A stretch of DNA of 64,000 bases. Source: Cyanobacteria bacterium J06626_4. Its GTDB lineage: Bacteria > Cyanobacteriota > Cyanobacteriia > Phormidesmidales > Phormidesmidaceae. The DNA lies in the NCBI GenBank assembly GCA_038523235.1, contig JBCBJQ010000005.1, positions 1 through 64,000 of the forward strand. The letters are read 5' to 3'. Positions 48,987 to 59,800 of this stretch are shown here, piece after piece. A program made the translations under genes and the position numbers. How positions within the stretch are numbered: the first letter of the stretch is position 1; every line of letters starts with the position of its first letter. The notes beneath the pieces were generated by a model that was not told the origin of the DNA, did no database searches, and worked only from the letters and a program-made list of their open reading frames with translations.

Positions 48987-49712
48987 ATGAATTCTGAAAC
49001 GCGACAGCGGGCGCTCATTACCGGTGCCAGTAGCGGAATTGGGCGCGAAACAGCGATCGCGTTTGCCAAGGCTGGCATGGATGTTGCCTTGGTCGCCCGC
49101 TCTCAAGACAAGCTCCAGGCCTTGGCTGCAGAGTTGGCAGAACTGGGGGTTAACGCGAAAACCTACGTGATTGACCTCAGTCAAATTGACGCATTGAAGG
49201 CGGCACTACAAAAATTGCTGGCTGATTTTGGGGCCGTCAGCATTTTGGTCAACAACGCGGGTATGGGCTACACCGGCTCACTGGCCGAGATGCCGCTAGC
49301 GGACTGGCAAACCCTTATGGATTTGAATTTGACGAGCGCTTTATTGACGATGCAGGCGGTGATTCCGGCCATGCGGACGCAGGGCCACGGCATTATTTTA
49401 AATGTGGCCTCCATCGCGGCTCATAACGCTTTCCCCACATGGGGAGCCTACAGTGCCAGCAAAGCTGGATTGGTGACCCTCTCCCGCATTCTGGGCGCTG
49501 AAGAAAACGAACATGGCATTCGCGTCATGACCGTGTCTCCTGGCGCGGTTAATACCCCGCTGTGGGATACCGAGACGGTACAGGCAGATTTTGAGCGATC
49601 GCACATGCTGACCCCAGCGATCGTGGCCCAAACCATCCTCCATGCTGTCCAACTTCCAGATTCCGCTGTCATCAACGAAATCACGCTGATGCCTAGTGGT
49701 GGTGCCCTCTGA
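48987..49712 (+). CDS. SDR family oxidoreductase
   Basis: TGASSGIG, NNAG and YSASK catalytic motif; sits between accA and folE. Confidence 0.93.
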   Translation: MNSETRQRALITGASSGIGRETAIAFAKAGMDVALVARSQDKLQALAAELAELGVNAKTYVIDLSQIDALKAALQKLLADFGAVSILVNNAGMGYTGSLAEMPLADWQTLMDLNLTSALLTMQAVIPAMRTQGHGIILNVASIAAHNAFPTWGAYSASKAGLVTLSRILGAEENEHGIRVMTVSPGAVNTPLWDTETVQADFERSHMLTPAIVAQTILHAVQLPDSAVINEITLMPSGGAL

Positions 49713-49781
49713 TCGGTCGTTTTTCAGCGATCAAGGGGCGAGTTTTCCATTGCTACTGTGTAGAGTTACCACTGATTTAAT

Positions 49782-50504
49782 ATGACTACCGTTTCTTCCA
49801 ACGCCAACAATGGCGCAAATTTGTCGACCACACCGGATGATTCTGACCTGCGGCAATCGGGTGCTCCAGTAGTTCGTCCTGATCGCAACACCGCCCACGG
49901 CCAAAGCATCAACGCCAAGCCCGTGTCTGATGAAGACCAACTGGCCATGATGGACTCTGTGCGGACGATGTTGTTGTCGCTGGGTGAAGACCCTGATCGC
50001 GAAGGGCTGCTCAAAACGCCCAAGCGCGTCGCGGAAGCGATGCGATTTTTGACCAGTGGTTATGGTCAGTCGCTGGATGAGTTGGTTAACAATGCCATTT
50101 TTGACGAAGGTCATAATGAGATGGTGTTGGTGCGAGACATCAATCTATTTAGCCTGTGTGAGCACCACATGCTGCCCTTCATGGGCCGCGCTCACGTGGC
50201 GTACATTCCCAAACAGCGGGTGGTCGGCCTGAGCAAGCTCGCTCGCATCGTTGAAATGTATTCCCGCCGTCTACAGGTCCAAGAGCGCTTGACCCGTCAG
50301 GTTGCAGAAGCAATTCAAACCGTATTGGATCCGCAAGGCGTCGCGATTGTGGTTGAGGCTAGCCACATGTGCATGTCGATGCGCGGGGTGCAAAAGCCGG
50401 GCTCTTGGACGGTCACCAGTGCCATGTTGGGCTGTTTTCAAGAAGATTCTAAAACCCGTGAAGAGTTTCTCAGCCTCGTGCGTCACCAGCCCTCACTGTT
50501 TTAG
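49782..50504 (+). CDS. folE: GTP cyclohydrolase I
   Basis: [44 protein letters not shown] and HMCMSMRGV motifs. Confidence 0.97.
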   Translation: MTTVSSNANNGANLSTTPDDSDLRQSGAPVVRPDRNTAHGQSINAKPVSDEDQLAMMDSVRTMLLSLGEDPDREGLLKTPKRVAEAMRFLTSGYGQSLDELVNNAIFDEGHNEMVLVRDINLFSLCEHHMLPFMGRAHVAYIPKQRVVGLSKLARIVEMYSRRLQVQERLTRQVAEAIQTVLDPQGVAIVVEASHMCMSMRGVQKPGSWTVTSAMLGCFQEDSKTREEFLSLVRHQPSLF

Positions 50505-50599
50505 TTAAAGGTCGTGCCGACAGCAACATCGATCCGGCTAGGACGACTGAGAGCATAGCGGTTCAGCGCTATTGATTGACTTCCGAAGTTAAGGTCATT

Positions 50600-50647
50600 C
50601 AGCTAAAAGCGTCAATGGGGCGATCGCCCCATTGACGCTTTTAGCTG
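50600..50647. repeat. Perfect 48-bp palindrome centred on HIP1
   Basis: CAGCTAAAAGCGTCAATGGGGCGA|TCGCCCCATTGACGCTTTTAGCTG: two 24-bp arms, no spacer, no mismatch. Confidence 0.95.
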
Positions 50648-50918
50648 CGATATTGGCCAAGCGGTTCACTCTCTATCTGACGGCAGGTGATCGCCGCTAG
50701 CGACAATCACTTGCCGCCAAGAGCCATCGCAGTGACCCGATCCAAATAGCCGCCAGCAAAAAACTGAATCGGTGTCATACCTGAGAAATATATAAAGAGG
50801 TATTAACTTTTAGGCCGAATGATAAGTGTTTACACGGCATAATTAAATTTAGATTAGGTTTGATCGCCGCATCCTACTGCTACTCCTGAAGTATTCATTC
50901 GCACGTTAGTCTTCCTTC

Positions 50919-51488
50919 ATGCTTCGTCTTTCTTCTCAACAAACTGTAAATATGCAGATCGCTCAGCGTTCTGTTCCGTTACACCATTATTTGAAGCAGC
51001 CTCGGCGTTTAGTGCATGCCCTGATGAACCCAAGCCAGGTTGATCAGCTGAGCCGCGATACTTTTCGGTTTCGGCTACAAGGGTTTCAGTTTTTGATGCT
51101 AAATATTCGACCGGTCGTCGATCTGCAGATTGATGCCAGCCAAGACCATGTGCTGCGAGTGCGATCGGTCGGCTGCAAAATTCAGGGCAATGACTTTGTA
51201 GACAGACAATTTGCCCTCAAGTTAACCGGCATTCTCCAGCTAACGGAACGCCATGGCTTCACCCAATTGACAGGCGATGTCAAACTCGACATTGCCGTGG
51301 GGCTACCGCCGATGTTGCAATTGACGCCGTATGCCATTTTAGAAACGACGGGCAACCAAATTCTGAAAGGGGTGCTGATGACGATCAAGCAGCGGTTGAT
51401 GCGTCAGCTCGCCGCTGATTATGAGCGTTGGAGCAAGCAGCAGCCGATTCTCGTCACCTCAGATTTTGCCCTCGGCACCCAGAGCTAA
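50919..51488 (+). CDS. DUF1997 family protein
   Basis: L.HYL.QP.RLV.AL, L.I.PVVDL, L.G...L.I.V.LPP.L.LTP..ILE.TGN.IL..VL..IK.RL...L.ADY..W pattern. Confidence 0.85.
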   Translation: MLRLSSQQTVNMQIAQRSVPLHHYLKQPRRLVHALMNPSQVDQLSRDTFRFRLQGFQFLMLNIRPVVDLQIDASQDHVLRVRSVGCKIQGNDFVDRQFALKLTGILQLTERHGFTQLTGDVKLDIAVGLPPMLQLTPYAILETTGNQILKGVLMTIKQRLMRQLAADYERWSKQQPILVTSDFALGTQS

Positions 51489-51658
51489 TCGGGTACCAGA
51501 GTGGTGAGCGATCGCGGTGACTCACCTTAATCTTCTCTTGGTCATTTGCGATTGTTTTTTTAACCGGAAAACAATCCCGTTTTAGGGCGCAGAGACGGTG
51601 TCTTCTGCATAATGTTTGCTTAAATAAGCACAGCTACGGTGGTCTTGGTTGTTGGGGA

Positions 51659-53626
51659 GTGGTCGGGTTTATGGACAAGCCGTCAGAGCGGGATGCAGGA
51701 GCGCCAAAGAGCGATGCGGAAGCGGCCAAAATTGATGTAGAGCCACCCAAAAGTGAGCCGGAAGCGCCCAAAAGTCGCAAATGGCTGTTGGGTAAGATCG
51801 GCTTTGGCTGCTTTGTGGTCGGCGCCGCTACGTCGGCAGCGCTCACCCTGGGCCCGCGATTTGCTCTCAGCAGTAGTGAAGCGGTTTCAGCCCCCAAAGT
51901 AGTGGGTTTGGGGCCCATCGCTCAGGATGTAAGTACCCAAGGTCTAGGCGCATTTCCCGGTGAGATCTCAGCCAGCTATCTCTGCCTGCCCCAGGCTAAG
52001 CCCCGTAACGCTAGCAGGGCAATTCCTCCGGCGATCGCTGACGGTCTCTTCAACCCGGCATTGAGTAATCTGCAAAGCGGCATCGACCCCGACATCGTGA
52101 ATCAGTTTAGGGCCGCCCCCTGGCCTAACATTCATGAAGCCGCTCGCCAGGCCCGTGTACCCATCTTGATGTACCACGACATCTTGGCTGAAAAGGAAGT
52201 CTTTTTTGATGTCACCGTCGAAGAATTTGAAGCCCATCTGGAACTCATTCAAGCCGCAGAGTTAACCCCCATTACCTTTGACCAGCTATATGATCACTTG
52301 CGGATGGGATCTCCCTTGCCGCCCAAACCCGTTTTGTTGACCTTTGATGATGGCTATGTGGGCCATTACACCCACGTCTATCCACTGCTCAAAAAATACC
52401 AGTATCCCGCTGTTTTCTCGCTCTTTACCGGCAAGCTAGATGGCGATATTGTGGGGCGTTCCACCGTTACGTGGGAGCAGGCCCAGGAGATGGCTGCTGA
52501 TCCGCTGATGACGATCGCCGCTCATAGCGTGATGCACCCCCGCGACCTGCGCGACCTCAGCGATGAAGAGCTGCAGGTAGAAGTGGTGGAATCGAAACAG
52601 CGTTTAGAGGCGCAGCTCGGCATTCCCATTCGCTACTTCACCTACCCTGAAGGCAACTATGACGAGCGAGTGGCTGACGCCGTGGCCGCTGCAGGCTATG
52701 ATGCCGCCCTCACCATGAGCAACGATCGCGAGTGGTTTGCCGGCGAATCGGATGATTTGCTCAGCATTGGTCGCTTTGGTCAGTCTCAGCTGGAGCGGGT
52801 GATTCCCGAAGCTTGGGAAGGCCTGGGAATGGACGTGGTAGGAGCAAACACGTTCGACTTTTACTCCCCTATTCGGGTGGTGGAGCGGCTCGAAATGGAG
52901 GAAGTGCCCCTCGCGCTCATCACGGGTGGCCGTCCGGCAACAGTCCACGCTGATAGCCGCTACCAACTCGAAGAGATTCTGGTGCGCACGAATGCGACGG
53001 CGGCGGTGGATGGGGCATTCTTTAACCTGCGGTATCTTGATTCCAACGTGATGATTGGGCCAGTGCTGAGTCAAGCAACGCAAACTTTTGTACCAGGCAA
53101 TCCCAGCGAAAATCCCCTGCTTGACGGTCGGCCTTTAGCCTTAATTAGCGCCGACGCCGTCAAATTTGTCCCCTTTGATCACGCTCAGCACAATACCCTC
53201 CGAGGCATTCAATCAGAGCTGTCGACTGTCACCGATGCGTTTGTCGGCGCCGCTTGGCTAGTGCGCGATGGCGAAGCTCAACCCGCATCTTCTTTTGGCA
53301 CCCTGTTTGATTTTGAAGCCTATCGCCATCGTGCCTTTTGGGGTATTAACAACGCTGGGCAACCCGTCATTGGTGTGACTAAAGGCCGCATCGATTCGGT
53401 GGCACTGGGCGAGCTGCTCCATCAAGTTGGATTTCGTGATGCCATGATGGTGGATTCTGGCGCCAGCACATCCCTGACCTATAAAGGCGAATCTCTAGTC
53501 GATTACACGCCCCGACCCGTACCCCATATGGTGGCGCTATTGCCAGAGGAAGAGGCGATCGGCGCTTGCCCGCTGGTCTTTGAACCCCCGACCAATGATG
53601 AGGATGACTGGGCCAACTCTTTTTAA
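51659..53626 (+). CDS. Polysaccharide deacetylase (CE4) with a C-terminal phosphodiester glycosidase-like domain
   Basis: VPILMYHDI, LLTFDDGY, HSVMH and FTYPEG (NodB fold); C-terminal DGAFF...RAFWG...MVDSGAST pattern. N-terminal membrane anchor. Confidence 0.85.
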   Translation: MVGFMDKPSERDAGAPKSDAEAAKIDVEPPKSEPEAPKSRKWLLGKIGFGCFVVGAATSAALTLGPRFALSSSEAVSAPKVVGLGPIAQDVSTQGLGAFPGEISASYLCLPQAKPRNASRAIPPAIADGLFNPALSNLQSGIDPDIVNQFRAAPWPNIHEAARQARVPILMYHDILAEKEVFFDVTVEEFEAHLELIQAAELTPITFDQLYDHLRMGSPLPPKPVLLTFDDGYVGHYTHVYPLLKKYQYPAVFSLFTGKLDGDIVGRSTVTWEQAQEMAADPLMTIAAHSVMHPRDLRDLSDEELQVEVVESKQRLEAQLGIPIRYFTYPEGNYDERVADAVAAAGYDAALTMSNDREWFAGESDDLLSIGRFGQSQLERVIPEAWEGLGMDVVGANTFDFYSPIRVVERLEMEEVPLALITGGRPATVHADSRYQLEEILVRTNATAAVDGAFFNLRYLDSNVMIGPVLSQATQTFVPGNPSENPLLDGRPLALISADAVKFVPFDHAQHNTLRGIQSELSTVTDAFVGAAWLVRDGEAQPASSFGTLFDFEAYRHRAFWGINNAGQPVIGVTKGRIDSVALGELLHQVGFRDAMMVDSGASTSLTYKGESLVDYTPRPVPHMVALLPEEEAIGACPLVFEPPTNDEDDWANSF

Positions 53627-54364
53627 TGCCTGGCGTCGCGTGACACCTCTGGGGACGCTATCTCTAAGCAGCTCTTAGCCCTTTGCCTCAGACTTCATTA
53701 GACTTCATTGCAGCGATAGCGTCACCTCGACTTGCTGAAACCAGGCGATAAATTGGGTTTCCTGCCTGCTCTGTTCTCCAGTATTGACACGATTCCAGGG
53801 GCTGCGATCGCTAGGGATTGCCCTGAAAATATCTTGGATGCGGTTCATCGCTTAAAGATTTCTCACACTTCATGAATGGTGGTACCAATAATTCCAACAA
53901 ATAATGTCGCCAGTGGCAACACTTGTTATAAAAGCAAGATAGGCTCATTACTAGAAAGGGATTGAGGGTTGGGCGGTTATGCTCTCGCGAGCGGCCTCTC
54001 TGTTGGCGAAGCAATCCGGTTCGCCAACAGCGCTTAATCGTTGCCTTGACGTGAATTCTGGTTGGGTTGGGGCTGAGCCTGGCACAGGCTAGATCTGTCT
54101 CTGTGCTTAGACTGCTGAATTTCGTCTGAGATTTGTCAGTGGGCAATAGGCTAGTTGCTCATCCTCTCATTACCAACTCCATCAAGGAAACAAAACAGCG
54201 ATTGTTTGTGCTCTCATTGCGCCATCTACTGGTGATAATCGGTAAACTTGCGCCAGAGGCGATGAGCTTCACAGAGTTAGTTCCAGTATCGCGATCGCCC
54301 AACCTAGTCGCATGATTCGAGTCACTTAACGCAACGCTATCAATGGGTGTATCACCTTTGAGGC

Positions 54365-55693
54365 ATGTCCTCTCGTTCTGCATACACAGCAACCATGCCC
54401 AGAACCTTTGATCAATCGTCAGGCACTCCTCAAGATAACTCGCAAAATGTTGACAGCACCCGAGCCCTGAGTGCTGTTGAGTTGAGTCAGATCTATATTC
54501 TGATCGACAGCATTTTGCCGTTTGAAGCCTGCCTTTACTACCAGGTGTTACCGCTGTTTGTCGAAGGATCTCGCCTCGTGGTCGGCAGGGTCAATCCAGA
54601 AGATCCAGGGGCTGCTGAGTATGTGACAAAACAGTTGTCGTACATTAACTACACCTTAGGCTTTCAAAAAATTTCGTCTGATGGGCACCGCGATTTGCTG
54701 TCTAAATACTTAAAGCACACGGCCAAACAGCGTCAACAGCCGGCTCAGCCAGCCTTGCCCCCCCCTCAGCCAGAAACGCCTCCGGTATCGGCTCACCCCG
54801 CAGCAACTCCGGCGACAACCCCCGCCCCTCGGAACCCCAACATTCAGCAAACGCTGATTATTGATCAACCCGAAGAAATCACTGATATGCAGCACGAGGT
54901 GGCGGCTCCCCAGCCGCCCGGCGTAGCCTCCCCTGCCACCTCCCCCGCAGGGCCTCCCCCCGCATCGAGATCGCAACGCGAAAACGTCAGATTAGGCCCC
55001 TTGTCTGACCCTGCCTTAGACTCCCAAGCGGCCCCACTAGAGTTACATCTAGAGAGTCATTATCGCGACCTGGATAGCGCTCATCTGGCAGCGTTAGAGC
55101 CGCAGCCGCTCATGCAGACCTTGCTGGTCAAAGTTTTGACCGAGGGCATCGGGCGGCTTTATTTTGAGCGGGGAGCCACGTCGAGCCGCATCCTGTGGAG
55201 TCGTGATGGCATTTTGCAAGCGGTGGTCGAGGCGATTGATGCCCAGACCTTTCAAGGGGTGATCAATGAATTCAAGCTGCTGATGCGTCTCTCGTTGATT
55301 TCCGTCACGAAGCCTAAACAGGTAGAAATCGAGCGGGCTTATGAGGGACAGCGGATTCTGTTGCGATTTCGAGTGATGCCAAGCGCCTACGGCGAAGAAG
55401 CTACAGTACAGGTTTTACGCGGCACGGCGCTACGTTTTTATCAGCAACAACAAATCGATCGATTGGGGCGTGATGCTCTGGATGCGGCCCAAATGTTGCA
55501 AACTCGACTCAACGAGATCCGCGATCGCGCCCGCAATTCCATTGATGCCAGGCCCGTGCAGACAGAAATTCTGCCCACGCTGATGCAGCTCTTGCGGCAG
55601 CTCGAAGCGCAGGTTGAGGAGATTAAAGCCTCCTATCAAGACGCCTCTAAATCATCAGACGACACTCCCAATCAGCCGACGCCTGACAATTAG
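54365..55693 (+). CDS. PilB/GspE N-terminal-domain protein lacking the ATPase domain
   Basis: ILPFEACLYYQVLPL...LVVG.VNPED resembles the T2SSE_N domain. After a Pro-rich linker, GIGRLYFE...RILWSRDGILQ...FRVMPSAYGEEATVQVL resembles the PilB N2 domain, followed by a coiled coil. No Walker motifs. Confidence 0.65.
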   Translation: MSSRSAYTATMPRTFDQSSGTPQDNSQNVDSTRALSAVELSQIYILIDSILPFEACLYYQVLPLFVEGSRLVVGRVNPEDPGAAEYVTKQLSYINYTLGFQKISSDGHRDLLSKYLKHTAKQRQQPAQPALPPPQPETPPVSAHPAATPATTPAPRNPNIQQTLIIDQPEEITDMQHEVAAPQPPGVASPATSPAGPPPASRSQRENVRLGPLSDPALDSQAAPLELHLESHYRDLDSAHLAALEPQPLMQTLLVKVLTEGIGRLYFERGATSSRILWSRDGILQAVVEAIDAQTFQGVINEFKLLMRLSLISVTKPKQVEIERAYEGQRILLRFRVMPSAYGEEATVQVLRGTALRFYQQQQIDRLGRDALDAAQMLQTRLNEIRDRARNSIDARPVQTEILPTLMQLLRQLEAQVEEIKASYQDASKSSDDTPNQPTPDN

Positions 55694-55858
55694 TAACGGT
55701 GCCCGATCAACCGACCCTGCCCAGCGTCCCAAGTTTTTGGCTGCTCGGTGCCGTTAATATCCGTCGTCAGATGCCGCCGTCGCTGGCTAGATCGGCTTGA
55801 CCGGGCTCCGCAACGCTCGTTCTGCTCTATATTCGAACTCCTTGAGGATAGCGTTGTC

Positions 55859-56572
55859 ATGCCTGTTGATACCTGGTTTCCCCTGGCGGTTTACTACGAA
55901 GACCTGCCGGATGCTGCTCAACATAAAGCGGGGCTGTTAGCCGCTGTGCTGCAATTAGAAGCCGCCGCGATCGCGCCACGCAACTTTCCCGAAATGGCCT
56001 GGACGGGTGACCTACATGGGGTACATCAGATCCACACTGACCCTCGCTTTCGCTGGCTGGTAACGCAGGTCGAAACCCATGTACGGCGCTATCTCATCCA
56101 GTTAGGGATTGATCTGAGCAAGGTCGAGCTGTACATTCAGCGGGCTTGGCCTGTCGTCTCTCGCCATCAGCAAGAAGTCGGCATCCATCAGCACAATACG
56201 GCCCATGTGAGTGCGGTTTACTACATCTCGGTACCGGCGTCAGGGAGCGACCTCTCTGGCTGTCTCGCATTTATTGATGATGTGCGGATGAATGAGGTCA
56301 GCCCAGGGCTGGGTAGTGAGAACACCGACATCATGGCCAAGTGGACGCCGCTCAACCAAGACCAAGCGCTATATTCCCCGGTTGAAGGTCGGCTGATTTT
56401 GTTCCCAGCGAAACAGCGACACGGCGTCACCCTCAATCATTCAGAAGAGAGCCGAGTGTCGGTGTCTTTTGATATTGTGCTCACTGCCGCCGCTGATAGC
56501 GCTGCGGGAGCCTATGAATTTTTGACGCCACCACCGACCCTGTGGCGGCGATTTTCTCAATCATCGCCTTGA
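55859..56572 (+). CDS. Putative 2OG-Fe(II) oxygenase (TIGR02466-like)
   Basis: W.FP..VY, AW.V, H.HNTAHVSAVYY, P.EG.L.LFP....H.V and R.S.SF motifs. Confidence 0.8.
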   Translation: MPVDTWFPLAVYYEDLPDAAQHKAGLLAAVLQLEAAAIAPRNFPEMAWTGDLHGVHQIHTDPRFRWLVTQVETHVRRYLIQLGIDLSKVELYIQRAWPVVSRHQQEVGIHQHNTAHVSAVYYISVPASGSDLSGCLAFIDDVRMNEVSPGLGSENTDIMAKWTPLNQDQALYSPVEGRLILFPAKQRHGVTLNHSEESRVSVSFDIVLTAAADSAAGAYEFLTPPPTLWRRFSQSSP

Positions 56573-56744
56573 GTCACTGAAGTCGAATCGGGCGATCGCG
56601 TAGGCAAGCACGCTGACACAACCAGCATCGAAACGCCAATAATCCGCGACGACTCCCCGCCTCAGATTTCGCTCGTGCCAATCATCCGCCGTTGCCCCAT
56701 CGTCCACCGTTGCTCCATCGTCGTCAAATCCAGCCTGCACTAGT

Positions 56745-56793
56745 CAACGTTGCCAGGCTCACCACCGGTATGGCGATGAGTCTGGCAACGTTG
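56745..56793. terminator. Long hairpin between the convergent oxygenase and giant repeat-protein genes
   Basis: CAACGTTGCCAGGCTCA ... TGAGTCTGGCAACGTTG, a 17-bp stem with one G-T pair. No clear U-tract, so it may be a transcript-stabilising hairpin instead. Confidence 0.6.
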
Positions 56794-56839
56794 CCGTCAG
56801 GTTTTGCCGTTCACCGCCAGCAGCAGTGAGCCCGTTGGC

Positions 56840-59800
56840 TTAGAACACAAAGCGACCTTCAAAACGACCAGTGCTCTCATAGTGCTGGAAGCCGCTGGTC
56901 AACGTTCCGGCACTCACGGCAGCGGCAATATCGGGGTTGAGCGCCAGATAGCTCGCTTCGTTGTAAAGCGAACTGGGGGCGCGGTTTTCCGTTTGGCCCA
57001 GTGCGATGAAATGGTCATAGCCGCTGCTGATGGTGCCGTTGGCGACGCCTGCCGCAATATCCGGGTTGTTGCTGAGATAGAAGCCGTCGTTATACAACGA
57101 CAGGCTAGGCAACCGGTTCTCTTCGGCTCCTGCGGTAATGTAGTGGTCAAAGGCACTTTCAAACACACCGTCGGCTACTGCACCAGCGACATCGGGGTTG
57201 GCCGCCAAATAATCGCTCTGGTCAAACAGCGCACTCGGGTCACGCCCCTCAATATGGCCACTGTTGAGGAAGTGCGCGAGGCCGCTGGCGACCCCCCCCG
57301 CGTTCACCGCTGCGGCAATATCCGGATTAGCGCTCAAATAGAAGGCTTCGTTATACAACACACTAGGGTTGCGACCTTCGTTAATACCAGCGGTGACAAA
57401 GTGTTGATAGCCTGACGACAACCCTCCGGCAGCGACTGCACTGGCTACATCGGGGTTTTGACTGAGGTAGAAGCTTTCGTCGTAGAGCTGAGCCAGAGGC
57501 AGGCCGCCAATTGTGTCTGCCGGAGCCACCGCTGCTGGATTTTGTTCCTGCAGGAAGCGCTCAAAGTCGAAGAACTCACTCTGCAGACCATTGATTTGAA
57601 TGCTGACTGTCGCCGTTGTCGTCAGTCCCTCATCATCCTGAATGGTGTAGCTAAAGCTATCGGTCGCTGTCCGACTTTGCGGCAGCGTGTTGAACGCGCC
57701 GTTGGGGTCATAGTTGAAGGTGCCATCGCCATTGCTGGTGACCACTCCTTGTGTGCCGCTGGCGTCAAAACCGGTCAGGGTAACGGGGCCACCTTCGGGG
57801 TCGCTGTCGTTGGCGAGTACGTTGGCCGTAACAAAGGCAGTCAACTCATTCGTGATGAAGCCGCCGCCGCTATCATTCACCGGAATCGGCGCATCGTTGA
57901 CACCAGTTACAGTAACTTTGACATCCGCCGTATCGGTGCCACCGTTGCCATCGCTGACCGTATAGCTAAAGATTTCCTCGGCAGTTTCGCCCCCTTTGAG
58001 CACTAAAGCTGGAATGTAGGTGAGGTCACCATCATTGATGATCACTTCGCCGGTGATACCCGTGGTGTCGACGCTTTCGATCGTCAACATATCGCCGTCA
58101 TCAATGTCGGTGTCATTCGCCAACACGTCGAGCGTGATCTCGGTCCCTTCGGTAGTGGCAAAGCCCGGATCAAGATCATCTGTTGCGACTGGAGCTTCAT
58201 TCGCTCCATTCACTAGGATGGTCACCGTTGCCGTATCCTCACCCCCCTTGCCATCGCTGATCGTATAGGTAAATTCTTCGTCGCGGGTTTCACCAACCGC
58301 TAGTGATTGATCGGCTGGAGCAGGCGTATAGGTAACCGAATTGTCATCGTTGAGGGTGACGATCGCATTTGTATCCAGCGTTACTGACCCGTTGGGAGCG
58401 ATCGCGTTGCCGTTAATCGCAGTCACCGTGAGCGTATCGTTATCGGGGTCAGTGTCATTCAGGGTGAGTACTGGCGTTGTGAGGTCTTGATTGTCATCGG
58501 TGACAAAGCCCTCGCTGCCTTCGCCGCCGTCATCCACGGCATCAGGTGGATCATTAACGCCGACAATCTCGACAGTGACATTGGCGGTGGCAGTGCCCCC
58601 ATTGCCATCACTAACGACATAGGTAAAGCTGTCTTCTACCGTTGCCCCCTGGGCTAACCCCCCAAATTGACCGTTGGGGTCGTAGGATAGCGTGCCGTCG
58701 GCCAACGCGGTGACCAAGGCCCCCGACTCTAGCGTCACGGCACCTGCGGTGACAGCTTGCCCCGCAATTTGGGTGACGGTCAGGGCATCGCCGTCTTCAT
58801 CGGTATCGTTAGCGATGACGCTCGCGGTGGTGAGAATGGTGTCGGCAGGCGTGCTGAAGTCGTCGCCCGCATCATCGACGGCGACGGGCGGATCGTTGAC
58901 GTTGATGAAGCCAGTAATCGTGACCGGGACTGCCTCTGTGGTCAATTCGCCATCACTAACGCTCACGCTGAACGAGGGCGGCGTTTCATCACCGTCATCA
59001 ACAAACTGAATTTGACCCGCCTCGACTTCTCCTTGGGTAAAGCTGGTGACGGGATTGACGGCATCAGGAGCAAGCGAAATAAATTCGCCGCCCACCAGCT
59101 CAGTGATGGTGAAAATCAAATCTTCGGCAGGGGTATCCGGATCCGTCGCCGACAGATTGTCGGTCATGAGGATGACCGGTGCCCCTTCTGTGACGGTGAG
59201 CTGAGAATTCTCTAGCGTGGGCGGGTCGTTGACGGGAATCAAATCTTCGACATTCGCCTGAACGGTCTCTTCGCCACCGTCTTGGTCTGACACCGTGATC
59301 TCAAAGGCGGGCTTTACTTCACCGCCATCGGGCAAAAAGTTGATGTCGCCGTCATTCAGCTCGGCCTGGGTAAAGGTAGTAATTGGTTGAGCGTTGAAAT
59401 CAAGGAATTCGCCGCCGACTACGCCATCACTAATGACATAGACCAACTCATCCGGGGGCGTCTCATCATCCGTTGCCTGGAGATTGATCACGCCCGTAGC
59501 TGGGTCGTTGAGGACGAGCCGTTCACCTTCAGTAAACGTAAACGTGTTGGTCTCGATCGCCGGAGCATCGTTGATCTGGTTCAGAATGACGGTGGCTGGG
59601 ACGGCTTCACTACTGCCGCCTTCGGGGTCACGTACCGTGACCGAGTACGTGGGGGCAATTTCGTCGCCATCGTCTTTGAAGGTCAATTCACCAAAGGCGA
59701 TCGCGGCACTGGTAAAGGTCTCTCCATCTACCAATTCTGTGCCATTCAGGAAGAAGGTGCCGCCGGTCACATCAGAAATCTCAAAGCGCAGCTGACTTTC

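Noticed and set aside
56685..56720. Two imperfect 18-bp tandem repeats (TCC(G/A)CCGTTGC(C/T)CCATCG) as a CRISPR remnant
   Set aside because: Only two adjacent copies, with no spacers and no cas genes.
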